Assembly: GCF_039654945.1 (NCBI RefSeq)
Contig: NW_027361797.1
Coordinates: forward strand, 22,568,001 to 22,632,000
DNA length: 64,000 bases
Source of the DNA: Dendrobates tinctorius
Lineage: Eukaryota
Direction: 5' to 3'
Shown here: piece after piece, positions 12,116 through 25,322 of the stretch
Layout: every line of letters begins with the position of its first letter
Position numbering within the stretch: position 1 is the first letter of the stretch
The notes under the pieces: model-generated
Told to the model about the DNA's origin: nothing
What the model saw: the letters and a program-made list of their open reading frames with translations, nothing else
Databases searched by the model: none
Position numbers and translations under genes: made by a program

Positions 12116-12445
12116 AGAAAATGGAAACGGTCTTGGGAGCGCAGGAAAGAGACTCAGACAAGAGATGGGGTTAAACCACAACGCGTTTCGACGGAGAATC
12201 CGTCTTCATCAGGTGGAAGTAACTTCCACTTGATGAAGATGGATTCTCTGTCGAAACGCGTTGTCGTTTAACCCCATCTCTTGTCTGAGTCTCTTTCCTG
12301 CGCTCCTAAGACCGTTTCCATTTTCTCATTGCTCCTATCCTCCATTGGAGGTTTTCGGCTGGAGCTGCGGTGGAGACCTGACATTTCTGTCTGCCCCTGG
12401 GTTGCTTCCTAAGCGCTCTTCTATGACCGCTTATCACTGACTCTT
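12116..12445 (+). mobile_element. Non-coding PLE-type fold-back insertion (palindrome centred at 12221)
   Basis: 15-bp TSD AGGTATTTAAGAATG (12101-12115, 12446-12460); arms 12112-12220 and 12222-12330 with a 1-nt spacer; 115-nt unpaired tail. Confidence 0.85.
12176..12216 (-). ncRNA. Minimal type I hammerhead ribozyme motif
   Basis: Minus strand reads CCAC-CUGAUGA-A-GACGGA(UUC)UCCGUC-GAAA-CGC-GUU-GUGG: stem I CCAC/GUGG, intact core, 6-bp stem II, palindromic ACGCGU stem III, GUU triplet. Confidence 0.75.
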
Positions 12446-12577
12446 AGGTATTTAAGAATGTCATAGTGATTACGGAGTGGAGATGTCAGATGTTTAACAT
12501 TTTTCAACAAGAATTTCACTGAAGAGGTTTCGCGAGGACATTTTCAGTATTGTTTTGATTGGTATTCTAAATGTTAA

Positions 12578-13202
12578 AGGGAATCTGGCATGTCCAGTTG
12601 GCGGATCTGTTCAGTGATTGACAGTCTCCCGTGATGACTCTGCATGCAAAGACAGCTGTCAATCACAGAGTAGGACCGCCCACTGGACTCCTGTATTCAA
12701 ACATCACGGATTACAATAAATAAAACACAAAGGTATACTGGACCTTTTCCAACAAACTGATACATCATTCTGCTCCGCTATACCAAAGCGGATGCATGTA
12801 CAATGTGACAGGTTCCCTTTCAAGAGTTTGTCCGGTCTTCTGATAAGTCTGCAGTTGCTCTGTGAGACTGCAGATTTCTGAATCCTGGCAGTGTGCTTTG
12901 TGTATGCTATCAGGATTCACCAGTATCGCCAGTGAGAACGGGCGTTCACAAGTATGTGATCTGCATACGTGTAATCACCTGCTCGCTAGACTTGTTCAGA
13001 TTCTCTCATTTCACTTATATTAAGAAAAGCCAGACATTGCTAGTCGGAATGTGGCCGGGAAGTATGCAAAATCAAACGTCATATGGCTGCCCACTCTCAC
13101 TGGTGATCTCTGACAGCATGCTTACCTCACACTGTATGGATTCAGGAGTATGCAGTGACATACAGTAACTGCAGACTTTTATCAGATAAACGAACAAACC
13201 CT
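12578..13202. mobile_element. Two adjacent TTAA-type MITEs (about 12578-12818 and 12823-13202)
   Basis: TTAA-AGGGAATCTGGCA...TGACAGGTTCCCT, followed by AGAGTTTGTCCG...CGAACAAACCCT-TTAA. Confidence 0.65.
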
Positions 13203-13713
13203 TTAAGCAAATAGAATTTGAAAATTTAGAATTTTTTAGTCCAAATTTTGTCAAAATTCAAGGTTAGAATAGCAAATAGGTGATAATTACACATTACATC
13301 GACGCTAGATTTTACATTTCCTCACCTAAAATCACATTTAGCCATAATTGATGTATTTCGACCCAACTTCTCTGTACTAAAGCCTATCTATTATAAGTTA
13401 TAGTGTATTTATACCTACGTAAGCGATTTCTCAGTTGTTGTGTCTGCTCGGGCAGACTCGTGAGTTATTGTGAGCTGCTATTATACTACTGTCCTGTATT
13501 ATAAAGCTGTCAGAGTAGAGCTGTGATTCTTCTATATTTGCCAGGAGAAAATAAAAAAAGCCAATCCATTATGTAATAAATTGCACTGAGTCCTTTAATA
13601 AACTGCAGGACGCTATTTGCAAACTAAATTAATACCGTTAAAGCTGACAGTGCCTTTTCCGATGTTAAACAGAGCAACCTCTGTAGTAATTTTGAGTTTC
13701 TTTTTGTTGATAG

Positions 13714-13836
13714 GAATAAATCCAGAGAAATTGGAAAAAATCCAGTTGTCGTTGAAGCCAGCAAAAGACAGCAATTCCTACAACCATGTGTTAGTAGAGA
13801 GGTTGATTAGAATAATGAGCCAAGCGGCACACCCAG
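13714..13836 (+). CDS. CLEC16A: CLEC16A coding exon (about exon 14): (G)INPEKLEKIQLSLKPAKDSNSYNHVLVERLIRIMSQAAHP(D)
   Basis: gatAG / GTaag; 123 bp, phase 1 to 1. Confidence 0.95.
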
Positions 13837-14379
13837 GTAAGGCACATGTTATAATTCGCTAATGCCCAGTGTTTTTTTTTTTTTTTAATTTTACTAGGCA
13901 TCACCATGACTTTATCAAGTGTTCACATGGCCCTGTTCACACTTTTATACTCTTTCTTGGCTAAATAGACTTTTGTCTCCGTTTTCCACCAATGGATAAT
14001 ATGGGGATGCATCAATTTTATGTGTGCCCCCACATAGTCAAATGGTCAGAGACCCCTTGAACTTAGGTTTTCCACATTTGGTGAGCATCAGAGAGTGGGT
14101 GCTTGGGGAAGGGGATTAATGTGCTTTTTGAAGATATTATCTTCCCTATCACACATAGGCAATCCCTCCATGTCTTGTGCCTGTCGAACTGCCGCAAGAC
14201 ATGGAGCCGCGGGGACTCGAACGTATTTTTCAAGCACACCGAAGACACTTTGTTAGCCCCCAAGCATTGTCAGATAACACCTTATCCCAGCACGTTCCCT
14301 CATCACTAATATCTATCCTTACATTTTAAAGTATAGGCCCCATCTGTAGTGATCAAAGGGCAGTAATATTAATCTTTTA

Positions 14380-15360
14380 CCATGTTCACTAAATGCTAAA
14401 ACTGACCTGCCATTATGATTCTCCAGTTCATTACGAGTTCATAGACAGCAAACATGTCTAGGTTCTTTTTTATCTAAGTGGTGAAAAAAAAAGTCCAAAT
14501 TTTGTTAAAAAAAAAAAAGCGCCATTTCCGATACCTGAAGCGTCTCCATTTTTCGTGATCTCGGGATGGGTGAGGGCTTATTTTTTGCGCGCCGAGCTGA
14601 TGTTTTTATTGATACCATTTTGGTTCAGATACGATCTTTTGATCACCTGTTGTTGCATTTTAATGCAATGTCGCAGCGACCCAAAATACAAATTCTGATG
14701 TTTTGAGTTTCTTTTCTCGTTACACCGTTTAGCAATCGGATTTTTTTTTATATTTTTTATATTGATAGAATTCTGAACTCGGCAATACCTAATATGTGTA
14801 TATTTTTGAATAGGGCGAAAGGGGTGATTTGAACTTTTCATATTTTTTTTTATTTATTTTTTTAATATTTTTAAGACATATATTTTTTTTTTTTTTTACA
14901 TTTTGCATGCTGCAATAGTCTCGATGGGATTAGAACCTACAGTACTTTGATCGCCTCTGCTACACACAGGCAATGATCAGATCGCCTGTGTGTAGCAGAA
15001 ATGCTCATTTGCTATGAGCACCGACCACCGGGCACTCATAACAATCTGGCTTTGACAACCATAGAGGTCTTACCTCTGGTTGTCATGCTGACCCATTGAT
15101 GACCCGCGATCATGTAACGGGGTCACCGATGGGCGGGATAAATGACTCGCTTTCGGTAAGTGCAAGTTAAATGCTTCTGTCATAAATTGACAGCAGCATT
15201 TAACTAGATAACAGCTGCGGGTGTTTTGCGATTCTACCCGTGGCTGTTGCATATGTCAGCTGTATAGATCAGCTGACATGTGCCCCCGGAAAGGTGCGGG
15301 CTCCGGAGCACATGGAGGAGTCTGACCTGGTGTACTATTACGCACAACATTGGAAAGGGG
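14380..15360 (-). mobile_element. Truncated non-autonomous piggyBac-like element
   Basis: Ends AAAGGGG-TTAA; reverse-complement similarity to the 39106-43417 element (for example 14385-14430 versus 43130-43175). Confidence 0.75.
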
Positions 15361-15364
15361 TTAA

Positions 15365-15757
15365 AGAGAATCTGTCACCAGGTTTTTGCTACCTCATCTG
15401 AGAGCAGCGTAATGTAGGAAAAGAGACCCTGATTACAGCAATGTATCACTTGGTCGACTGAGTGCAGCAGCTGTGAAACAATTAGAGTTTTTATACTTGG
15501 CATGCAGCAGAGCTCAGAAAGCTACCCGCAGCACAGCTTTCTGTGTACAATGTATATTGACAGTGAGCTGCTTATCAGAGAAGGGGACATGGTCAGATCA
15601 GGGCTCATGTGAGCATCAGTCCGCAGTGATAATCTTCTGGTGATAAAACTTTCATTGTATGGAAGCCTAATAAGTAACACATCCCTGAAATCTGTTTCAG
15701 CTGCTATCGCATGCTGTGCTCAGAATGCATAGCAAAATCCGGCTGGCAGATGCCCTT
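15365..15757. mobile_element. TTAA-type (T2/Kolobok-like) MITE
   Basis: TTAA-AGAGAATCTGTCACCAGG...CTGGCAGATGCCCT; same family as 18200-18526. Confidence 0.7.
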
Positions 15758-16055
15758 GAGATGAGCCCTGTTCATTAATAGGCAAAATTTGTAAGAGCCT
15801 CCTAATTTAGGAAAAAAGTATTTGTTTGGACCCCTCACAGCTGAACCACTTGTAATTCCCAAATGGTGGGTCTGAATACAGTCTTGTTTCAGGTTAATGT
15901 ATGACTTATGATTTCTCCATATTGAATGTATACAGGAGGCAGTTTGACTCTCCTTCAATGGCTGATGTCTGGCAGAAAGAACAATCGTTAAATTTCAAAA
16001 TGCCAGGTTCTTTTTTTCTAGAAGAAATGTTGGATTCATTGAGATTTCTTTGCAG

Positions 16056-16165
16056 ATGGAAAAGTCCGTTTGGCTACCCTGGAGCTCGCATGTATTCTCC
16101 TGAAGCAGCTCGTTCTTATTGATGGCGACTGTATAATAAAAGACGTCCACTTAGCGTGTTTGGAG
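16056..16165 (+). CDS. CLEC16A: CLEC16A coding exon (about exon 15): (D)GKVRLATLELACILLKQLVLIDGDCIIKDVHLACLE
   Basis: ttgcAG / GTaagt; 110 bp, phase 1 to 0. Confidence 0.96.
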
Positions 16166-16611
16166 GTAAGTGCTCCAGTCAGCCCACGCAGGCTTACTTC
16201 ATAACTATGCCTTCTTAACATAGGAATTTACCGATGTGGTTAAATGAAATTGAAAGAATTCTTTATCGATGCCGGAAGAATCGAGTCTGCCACGAGCGGT
16301 GGATCCCGCAATTTCATATCGCCCTGATCTTCTGGTTGAAATTTATCTTTTCGGGCAATCCACACACTGAGGAAGATCTGTCACAGACCGAAACATTTCT
16401 GTTTTATTAGGATTGTTATTCTACATGAAAAAATTATACACTTCATCTTTTTGAGTGCCAAGTCTCTTTTACTGCAATTACGAGAAGAATCGAGGCTGAC
16501 TTGTACAAAATGCTGTTTTGTGACCGATTTTCCTCCGTATAAGTGTAATATTTTCCATTAATATGAACAAAAATTAATTTCTTTTTTTTTTTGTAATATC
16601 CCTTTGTATAG

Positions 16612-16656
16612 GGTGCAAGGGAAGAAAGCGTTCATCTCCTGCGCCACTTCTATAAG
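16612..16656 (+). CDS. CLEC16A: CLEC16A coding exon (about exon 16): GAREESVHLLRHFYK
   Basis: gtatAG / GTaaa; 45 bp, phase 0. Confidence 0.95.
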
Positions 16657-18199
16657 GTAAAATACTACCAGGTAAAATTCTTTACTTTTTGATATTTAAC
16701 TATAGGTAATTAGGATGTTCAATACCTGCCAAGGTCAGATAATTAATATCACATCAATCCATTTCCTAAAACTCACCAACGATCATGTGAATCCAACATG
16801 CAGCAATAATAGTCCCATTAGTTTCATTACCGTTGCAGCATATCTATCTCTTCTCCCACCCAGACCATGTAATCACAGCATTGCGCTCCTCCCTGTCTTT
16901 CAAACAACACATCCAAGTCCTTATCGTTTTTTGCCATCACCATCACAAAAACATTTCTTGAAATCCACCCTCTCCTAAACTTTAGTGGGTTGTCCGCTAC
17001 TCGGACAACCCTTCATAATCTTTGTTTCCCCCCCAGTAAAATAATAACACACTCACCTTGGGTGCCAGTGTCACTCTAGTGGTGACGACACTGATCCCTG
17101 CGGCCGATCAGTGCTGGTTTCACTCTCCCCTCTTTCAGAAAAATAAAACATCTGGAGGAAGTGAGAGCTGTGTGTGCCATCCACCTTCTTCAGGATGTCC
17201 GTTACATCTGTAGGAGGAGAGAATGAAGCCAGTGCTGATTGGCTGCAGGGATCGCATGTCATAATGTCACGGGAGCCCTGGGAGTGTCTGTGCCGATACC
17301 GACCAAGCAGACCTCCACACTTGTTTCACTTATCTTGGCTTCATCAGAAGGTTAAGGGCACTGGTTGAAATACTACTGCATCATCCAGCTGTCGGGTTTC
17401 CTCAAAAATATTTTTACATGGTAACAATTGACAAAAACAATGTAGGAAAATATCATGAGAGATGCGGACTGTTTTTCTAATTCAGTTATTTTTTTTGTTT
17501 TCCAGAGACTATAACGTAAACTTATGATCTGACAGCCACTTTTTATCAAGTATTGGAAATGATTTTATTTATCTAGAAACTCAGTGATTCAAACTGTCCT
17601 TTAAGCAGCCAACAGCAATGTCAGTATTTCTAGTTCTGACATCTGTGATCTGATGACTTATTTCAAAGAATCCATGTTTTTCTTATATTTAAATGGGCTG
17701 TTCAGATCTATGGGCGGGACACTGATCTGTAATAAGACTTTGTCTTCATAGATTAATTTAAATGAATTGCGGCATCAGTGTGAGACATGTAGTGACTTTT
17801 CCTGATCTACATGTCCGGTAACGCCTCCTTTCACCTTTCATTTAAAATAAGCTCTGGAAACAGACTCTTGTGAAGATCTATGTCCGGCCCATAGATCTTA
17901 ACAGCTCTTTTACATATAAGAAAAACATGGATTACTCTGGAATAAGACCTCAGATATTAAATTATCATTTTATTCATCTGTCTACCTTCATGCCTATGTA
18001 GACAACTTAGAAATGGTTCATTCTGCTGACATATTCCCTTTGAGAGGACCTTCACCAAATTTTTCATTTTGAACTTGGACACGCAATGTTATAGTGGCTG
18101 CAGAGCGGAATAAAATGTCTTTTTTTATTTTATCTTTCCATTGCAGAAATATTGGCAATCAAATTATTGGAACCTAATGAAATACATTTTTTTTTTAAA

Positions 18200-18526
18200 A
18201 GGAATTGATTACCAGTTTTTTGCTACCTCATCTGAGAGCTGCATAATGTAGAGAAAAGACCCTGATTCCAACAATGTGTCACTTAGTTTACTGGGTGCAG
18301 TGACTGTGATACAATCAAAGTTTTTAGATGTAGCAGATGATGCGAGCAGCGGACCAGGATGCAAACGTGCTGTAGTTTTGGCAGTGATCATCTCCTGCTG
18401 ATAAAGCACTCATTGTATTCAAACGGCACACAGCCTAATAAGTGACACATGGCTGAAATCAACTCCTCAGCCCTTACCTCATGCTGCCCTCGGGTTACAT
18501 AGAAATAACCTGTTGACAGAATCCCT
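18200..18526. mobile_element. TTAA-type MITE
   Basis: Flanked by TTAA on both sides; ends TGACAGAATCCCT; similar to 15365-15757. Confidence 0.7.
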
Positions 18527-18605
18527 TTAAGTTCAAATGGATATTATCAGGGAGAAGTAGTACACGTCCTCAGTGAAAGTATCTGATGACACACGCATGC
18601 ACTTA

Positions 18606-18881
18606 AGGGGATATTCCCATCTCCAAGATTCTATATGTAGTAGGTGTAATAATAATAATTTTAGCAAATACTTCCAATTAGAAATGTAGTATAGTTCTAA
18701 TTTGCTAAGTTGCGTGCCCTATCTGTAGGGCATTGTAATAGGTTATGTATCCATGGTTACAACCACTAACAAGTAACTGTCACAGATACCTAAACTTCAG
18801 CAATGCACTGCACATGGGGTCAGTGGCACAGCAAATCAGAAGAACTATACTATCTTTTTAATTGAAGGTATTTTCTAATAA

Positions 18882-18919
<38 letters not shown>

Positions 18920-18963
18920 CCTACTACAAATTGGGATTAGATATTAGAGATGGAAACTCCTCT
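18606..18963. mobile_element. TTAA-type MITE with an internal (TAT)n expansion at about 18885-18918
   Basis: Inverted arms AGGGGATATTCCCATCTC / GAGATGGAAACTCCTCT flanked by TTAA. Confidence 0.7.
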
Positions 18964-19269
18964 TTAAGTAAAGTTAACTCATTAGGTGCCAAACGCTGTA
19001 ACAAACATGACATCCCTGCATGTGTTGCTGCTGTCGAACAGGCGCGAGACATACAGTTGTGGCCAAAAGCATTGACACCCCTGCAATTCTGTCAGATAAT
19101 GCTCAGTTTCTTCCTGAAAATGATTGCAAACACAAATTCTTTGGTATTATCTTCATTTAATTTGTCTTAAATGAAAAAACACAAAAGAGAATGAAGCAAA
19201 AAGCAAAACATTGATCATTTCACACAAAACTCCAAAAATGGGCCAGACGAAAGTATTGGCACCCTCAGC

Positions 19270-19773
<504 letters not shown>

Positions 19774-20793
19774 TTATTGGGGGACACAGAACCATGGGTG
19801 TTATGCTGCTGTCCACTAGGAGGCGACACTATGCATAATCTGAAAAAGATTAACTTTGGCTCCTCCTCTGCAGTATACACCCCTGGACGGCGTCAGCCTT
19901 CTCCAGTTTTTGCTTAGTGTCGCAAGGAGGCACACCTAAGATTTTTTTCTCTCTTCCGTTTTTTTCCTTAATTTTTTTCAACGGATTACAGATGAAGAAA
20001 AGCGGGTCTCCAGTGAGACCCCCGGCATGGCTCCCTCCTCGGTCCCCTATTAAGGGGTACCCGGTTGAGGTCGAGATGGCTCTTCCCCATGTCGCTCCTT
20101 CCCCAGTCCCTCGGGTACTGGTTCGAAGTAGAGAACCCCCCCTCCTTCCCCAGTTTCCTTAGGCTCTGGGTTGAGGTCCAGGGTAGGACGAAGCCCCCTG
20201 ACGGTGACAGCAGCACCCTCCCTCTGGGGGCATTAGGTCGAGACACCGCAGGTAGGGCCTGTACCAGGCACCATTCGGCCACTTACATGTCCAGGGACCC
20301 CAGCCCAGCTGCGGGCTCCTGTTTGGACCGGGGGAGGTGCAGGCATGGAATCCGACCCTCCCCCGGACAACCGCGCCGTCCTGGAGCCCTTCTGGGCATG
20401 AGCTATCAAATTTAGGCCGCCTTATTCCCGCCCCCCGGCCCGCCCCCCGGATGACGAAAAATGACACTACAGTGTCATAGAAGGGGCGGATCGAGACAGG
20501 AAGGGCGCGCTTTTACATAGCTCCGCGCGCCCTTTTCAGCTCTCCGCCCCCTTCCCCCTCCACCTCAGAATCCGGTGGCCATCTTGCTGCACCTGAAGAA
20601 ACTGAAGGCAGCACAGCAGTCTCTGGGGGGCACAAGAGGATTTACCAGCGCTGGACCTAGGGGGAGCACCGGTGGGGTAAGATCACAGCTGGGTCCTTTG
20701 TACTCAGCTGTGAGTTCCTGTAACCTATAACGCTCCCCTACCCCTCCTTTCCTCTGCGTAAATACACCTGTAGGGCCTCTGCGAATAGTTACT

Positions 20794-22150
20794 ATGTCGG
20801 GCTCAAAAAAGGACCAGGCAAGACTGCTTTTGCGCAGTCTGCACAGCCTGCAAGGCCACTCTCCCCAGCGGCAGCACGTACCCGCACTGCTGGGACTGTA
20901 CCCAAAGAACAGCAACGCTTCTGCGGCCGCTACTGCGCCAGAATGGGCGACTCAGATGTCGCAGTCTATAACAAAGTCTATAGATAACCTGACCTCCTCA
21001 CTATTGCAGGCTCTGCAGGGTCATGTCTCGACTATGAACGTTACCCAGCAAAGGGACGTCCGGTATCAGGAACAGGCCGCTTACGACAGTTCGAGACGTA
21101 AGCGGACCCACAGGTCGCGTTCATCTGCATCCTCACATAGCACTAGGTCGTCCCCCTCCAGGGAGAGACAGTGGCTACAGGTCACCGAGACCGTCCCCTG
21201 ATACAGAGAGACAATGTGGATCTCCACAACGATCCCAGACCACACAAGACTCAGAGGGCATATGTGACTCCAACTCAGATAACGAAACAAGGAACGCTCT
21301 GCTCCCTTGTCCCCCTAACAATGCTGCGCTAGTTGAGGATATAATCTCTTCCATCCTTCGGGTGCTAGACTTTTCTGATCCAACCCCTGAAGTACCAGAA
21401 CACAAGATTTCCTTTGAAAGTGTTCAGAAACCATCTGAGGTCTTTCTTGATCACCCGGAATTTAAAAAAAAAAAAAAAAAAAATACTTTCTAAGCATTTT
21501 TCGCAGCCTGAGAAAACGGCAATCGCAAATACTTGAAAGCAAAGTACCCCTTCCCACAGAAGGACACTAAGGATTGGACAGATCCGACTAAAGTGGATCC
21601 TCCAGTCTCTAGGCTGAAAGCACAAACGCTTCTCTCGCTGCCTGACAGCTCAACCCTCAAGGACGCAGCAGACAGACAGGTAGAACGCATGGCTCGTTCA
21701 ATCTTCGAGGCGGCAGGTGCCTCTTTAGCTCCTGCATTTGCTTCAGTTTGGGCAGCCAAGGCCATTATGGCCTGGGCTGATCTATTACAACAGGGCCTCC
21801 AAGCTTCAAATCCTCAGCTGGCGGACCAGGCGGTGCAAATTGCAGTAGTGACAGATTACATGATCCATGCAGCGTTGGATTCTGCAAGAGGGGTAGCGGA
21901 AATAGCATCAAATGCCATCACAATCCGGCATATTCTCTGGCTAAGACAATGGAAGGCGGATGCGGCCTTAAAAAAGTCCCTAACAAATCTCCCGTACTTC
22001 AGGGGCTGTCCTTTCGGTGGAAAGCTGGATACAATGATATCCAATGCTACCGGGGGTAAAAGTACTTCCCTCCCTCAGCTGAAACCAAAACGCACGTTTA
22101 AAAGACGTAATCAATCTCGTTTCCGTTCCTTTCGGAATTCTTCAGGCTAG
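20794..22150 (+). pseudogene. DIRS ORF1 (gag-like), frameshifted
   Basis: ORFs 20794..21201 and 21533..22150 (KYPFP..W..PTKVDPPVSRL...LKDAADR...WLRQWKADAALKKSLTNLPY.G..FG.KLD) resemble vertebrate DIRS ORF1. Confidence 0.8.
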
Positions 22151-22299
22151 TCATAACAGTTCCCCTCTCAGGGACAACACACGGGCGGCACAGAGGCCGG
22201 ACAGAAACTGGCAGTCAAAGGAAAGCCAGGCAAAATCCATGGGAGGGAAAGCTCAGACTTTTCATTCATCATTACTCATCCCCTCCGGAAAACACCCCA

Positions 22300-24114
22300 C
22301 TTGTAGGCGGACGACTGCTACTCTTTCAGCAGGTCTGGCTGCCTATTACAGAAGACAGGTGGGTCAAGGAAATAGTGTCTTCAGGATACAAAATCGAGTT
22401 TACTACCAGCCCACCGCACAGGTTTTTTCTCTGTTCCTCCAAAACCTCCACTCAAAGCTCGAGCCTTCCATCAAGCAGTTTCATCCCTCCTGCAAGCAGG
22501 AGTCATAATACCGGTTCCAGCAGACGAGCGCTTACGAGGGTTCTACTCCAACCTGTTCGTGGTGCCCAAAAAGGGAGGCAGCGTCCGACCCATACTAGAC
22601 CTCAAGCAACTGAATAAGTATTCGAGTTCGTCACCTTCGCATGGAATCCCTCCGGTCAATCGTTGCGTCCATGGAGGAAGGAGAATATCTCGCCTCCATA
22701 GACATACAGGACGCATACCTGCATATACCGATTGCTTCGCCCATCAGAGATTTCTCAAACTCGCAATCAACCAAGACCATTACCAGTTTGTGGCCCTCCC
22801 GTTTGGTCTCGCCACGGCTCCCAGAACATTTACAAAGGACATGGCAGCTACCATGGACGTTCTGCACTCCAGAGGCATAGTAGTCGTTCCATACCTGGAC
22901 AACCTCCTCATCAAGGCCCCCACCTTCAAGGACTGCGAGGTCAAAGTCTCAATCACGATCGACACTCTGAGTCGCCTGGGATGGTTAGTCAATTTACAGA
23001 AGTCCTCGACTACCCCAAGTCAGTCTCTGACCTTCCTGGGGATGCTATTTGACATCTCCAGGGGTCTGGTGATCCTCCCCAGGGACAAGGCACTGGCCCT
23101 CCGTTTGGGAGTTCACACTCTCCTCCGCGGTTTCCCCCGATCTCTCCGGTATGCCATGAGCGGACTGGGCAGGATGGCAGCGGCAATGGAGGCGGTACCA
23201 TTTGCCCAGATTCACCTCAGACCCCATCCTCAAGTCCTGGGACAGGAATCTGTTCTCCCTCAAGAGAGAGTTCCGGTTATCAGCGAAAACCAGGAGGTTC
23301 CTGCACTGGTGGCTCCAGCCAACCTCGCTTGCAATGGGAAAATCCTTTTCTCTCCGGTCACTGAAAGGTTTTGACCACCGGCGCAAGCCTTACAGGTTGG
23401 AGCGCGGTACACCTACATCACAGAGCACAAGGCAAGTGGTCACCAATGGAAGTGACCATGCCCATCAACATCTTGGAAATTTGGGTCATCTTCCTGGCAT
23501 TGAAAGCCTTCCATCACTTGCTAGCAGACTCTCATATCAGAGTGCAGTCGGACAATGCCACGGCGGTGGCATACGTGAACCATCAAGGCGGCACCCCCAG
23601 CATCCAGGCGATGAACGAAGTAACACGTATCCTACACTGGGCGGAGGATGCGAGGTCGGTACTCTCTGCGGTCCACATTTCGGGTGTGGACAACTGGGAA
23701 GCCGACTATCTCAGCCGTCAAGGAATGGACTCGGGGGAGTGGTCTCTCCATCCCGAAGTTTTCCATCAGATCTGCCATTGTTGGGGGACCCCGGACGTGG
23801 TTCTGATGGCATCCCATCTCAATGCCAAAGTTCCCAATTTCATGGCCAGGACGCACGATCCGCAGTCGCTCGGAGCAGATGCCCTGGTTCAGGACTGGAC
23901 CCAGTTCCAGCTTCTGTACATTTTTCCACCCCTTCCCCTGATTTCCAGAGTCCTGAGGAAGATCAAACAAGAGGGTGTTCCCCACCATCCTATTCACTCC
24001 AGACTGGCCCAGGCGTACATGGTACAGCAGACGCTCCCTGGCGTCTCCCCACACGTCCCGAACTTCTGTCACAAGGCCTGTTCTTCCACCAGAAATCAGG
24101 GGCTCTCAATCTGA
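22300..24114 (+). pseudogene. DIRS RT / RNase H / Dam-like methyltransferase ORF, frameshifted
   Basis: VPKKGGSVRPILDLK, SIDIQDAYLHIP, YQFVALPFGLATAPRTFTK, PYLDN (YLDD mutated), TGASLTGW, INILE, SDNATAVAYVNHQGGT, NWEADYLSR and LYIFPP motifs. Confidence 0.92.
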
Positions 24115-24119
24115 CGGCA

Positions 24120-25164
24120 TGGCCATTGAGACCTGGTTTTTGACCCAAGCAGGTTTTTTCATCGGACGTTGTTAAAACCATGATCAGGGCTCGAAAGCCA
24201 ACTTCAGCCAAAACTTACTATCGTACCTGGAAGGCTTTCTTCACATGGTGCGAATTTCGTGGGCACATCCCACTCCCCTATTCTCTTCCAAAGGTCCTTG
24301 GTTTCCTTCAGTCAGGCCTGGACGCCGGGCTATCCCTGGGCTCGCTTAAGAGCCAGGTGTCAGCGCTTTCAGTGCTCTTTCAGAGGCATTTTGCTAACAA
24401 TCCGCAAGTGAAGACTTTTCTCTAAGGGGTTTCTCGATTGGTTCCCCCCTACAAACATCCGTCGGAGACGTGGGACCTCAACCTGGTCTTGACAGCACTA
24501 CAGTCACCTCCTTTTGAACCCCTAAAGGAGGTCTCACTCCGCTTTCTGTCACAGGAAGTGGTTTTTCCTGGTGGCAATCACCTCGCTACGCAGGGTGTCC
24601 GAACTTTCAGCTCTTTCCTGCAGACAACCCTTCCTGGTTTTTCATCAGGACAAGGTGGTTCTCCGTACAGTGCCATCCTTCCTTCCGAAGGTTGTGTCCA
24701 CCTTCCACCTCAATGAGAAAATCTCATTACCATCTCTTTGCCCGGTTCCCGTTCATAGAGTGGAGAAGGCTCTGCATACGCTAGACTTTGTCAGGGCATT
24801 GCGTATTTACGTGTCTAGGACTGCTCCCTTCCGGAAGTCTAATTCACTTTTCCTTCTTCCAGAAGGCGTTTGCAAGGGCCTACCGGCTTTCAACGCCACC
24901 CTTGCTAGGTGGATCAAGTCCACCATTCAAGAAGCTTACCGCCTTAACAATTCTGCTCTTCCGGCCGTTATCACGGCTCACTCTACACGGGCGGTAGGGG
25001 CCTCTTGGGCCATTCAGCATCAAGCCTCGGCACATCAAGTGTGTAAGACAGCCACTTGGACTAGCCTGCACACATCTACAAAACACTACAGAGTGCATAC
25101 CCAGTCCTCAGGGTATGCGAGCCTGGGTAGATGGGTCCTGCAGGCGGCAGTACCCCAAATTTAG
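24120..25164 (+). pseudogene. DIRS tyrosine recombinase, with stop and frameshift
   Basis: ARKPTSAKTYYRTWKAF (SAM-like), AITSLRRVSEL (catalytic R), HSTRAVGASWA (HxxR) and KHY. Confidence 0.93.
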
Positions 25165-25222
25165 GGAACTGTCAGTACAATATTCGTCCACTGCTTCCCA
25201 CCCAGGGACTGCTTTGGGACGT

Positions 25223-25322
25223 CCCACGGTTCTGTGTCCCCCAATAAGGCGACAGAGTAAAGGAGATTTTTGTGTACTCACCGTAAAATCTCTTTCTCTT
25301 AGCCTTTAATTGGGGGACACAG
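25223..25322 (+). repeat. DIRS internal complementary region (ICR)
   Basis: Reverse complement of the left terminus joined through AAA (25259-25261) to the reverse complement of the right terminus. Confidence 0.93.

Noticed and set aside
5235-12330. Palindromes as assembly or chimeric-read artefacts
   Set aside because: The arms differ by scattered substitutions and each insertion is bounded by a 13-15 bp direct duplication.
13617-13862. Stand-alone small ORFs overlapping exons (also 11165..11389)
   Set aside because: Open frames running through CLEC16A exons into intron sequence; the splice sites define the real exons.
19917-20915. GC-rich overlapping ORFs or a CpG-island promoter of a host gene
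   Set aside because: They lie inside the DIRS 5' region, and the ORFs are a by-product of high GC with no recognisable domains.
23371-25164. Phage integrase and methylase indicating contamination or horizontal transfer
   Set aside because: These are standard components of a DIRS retrotransposon bounded by ITRs and an ICR.
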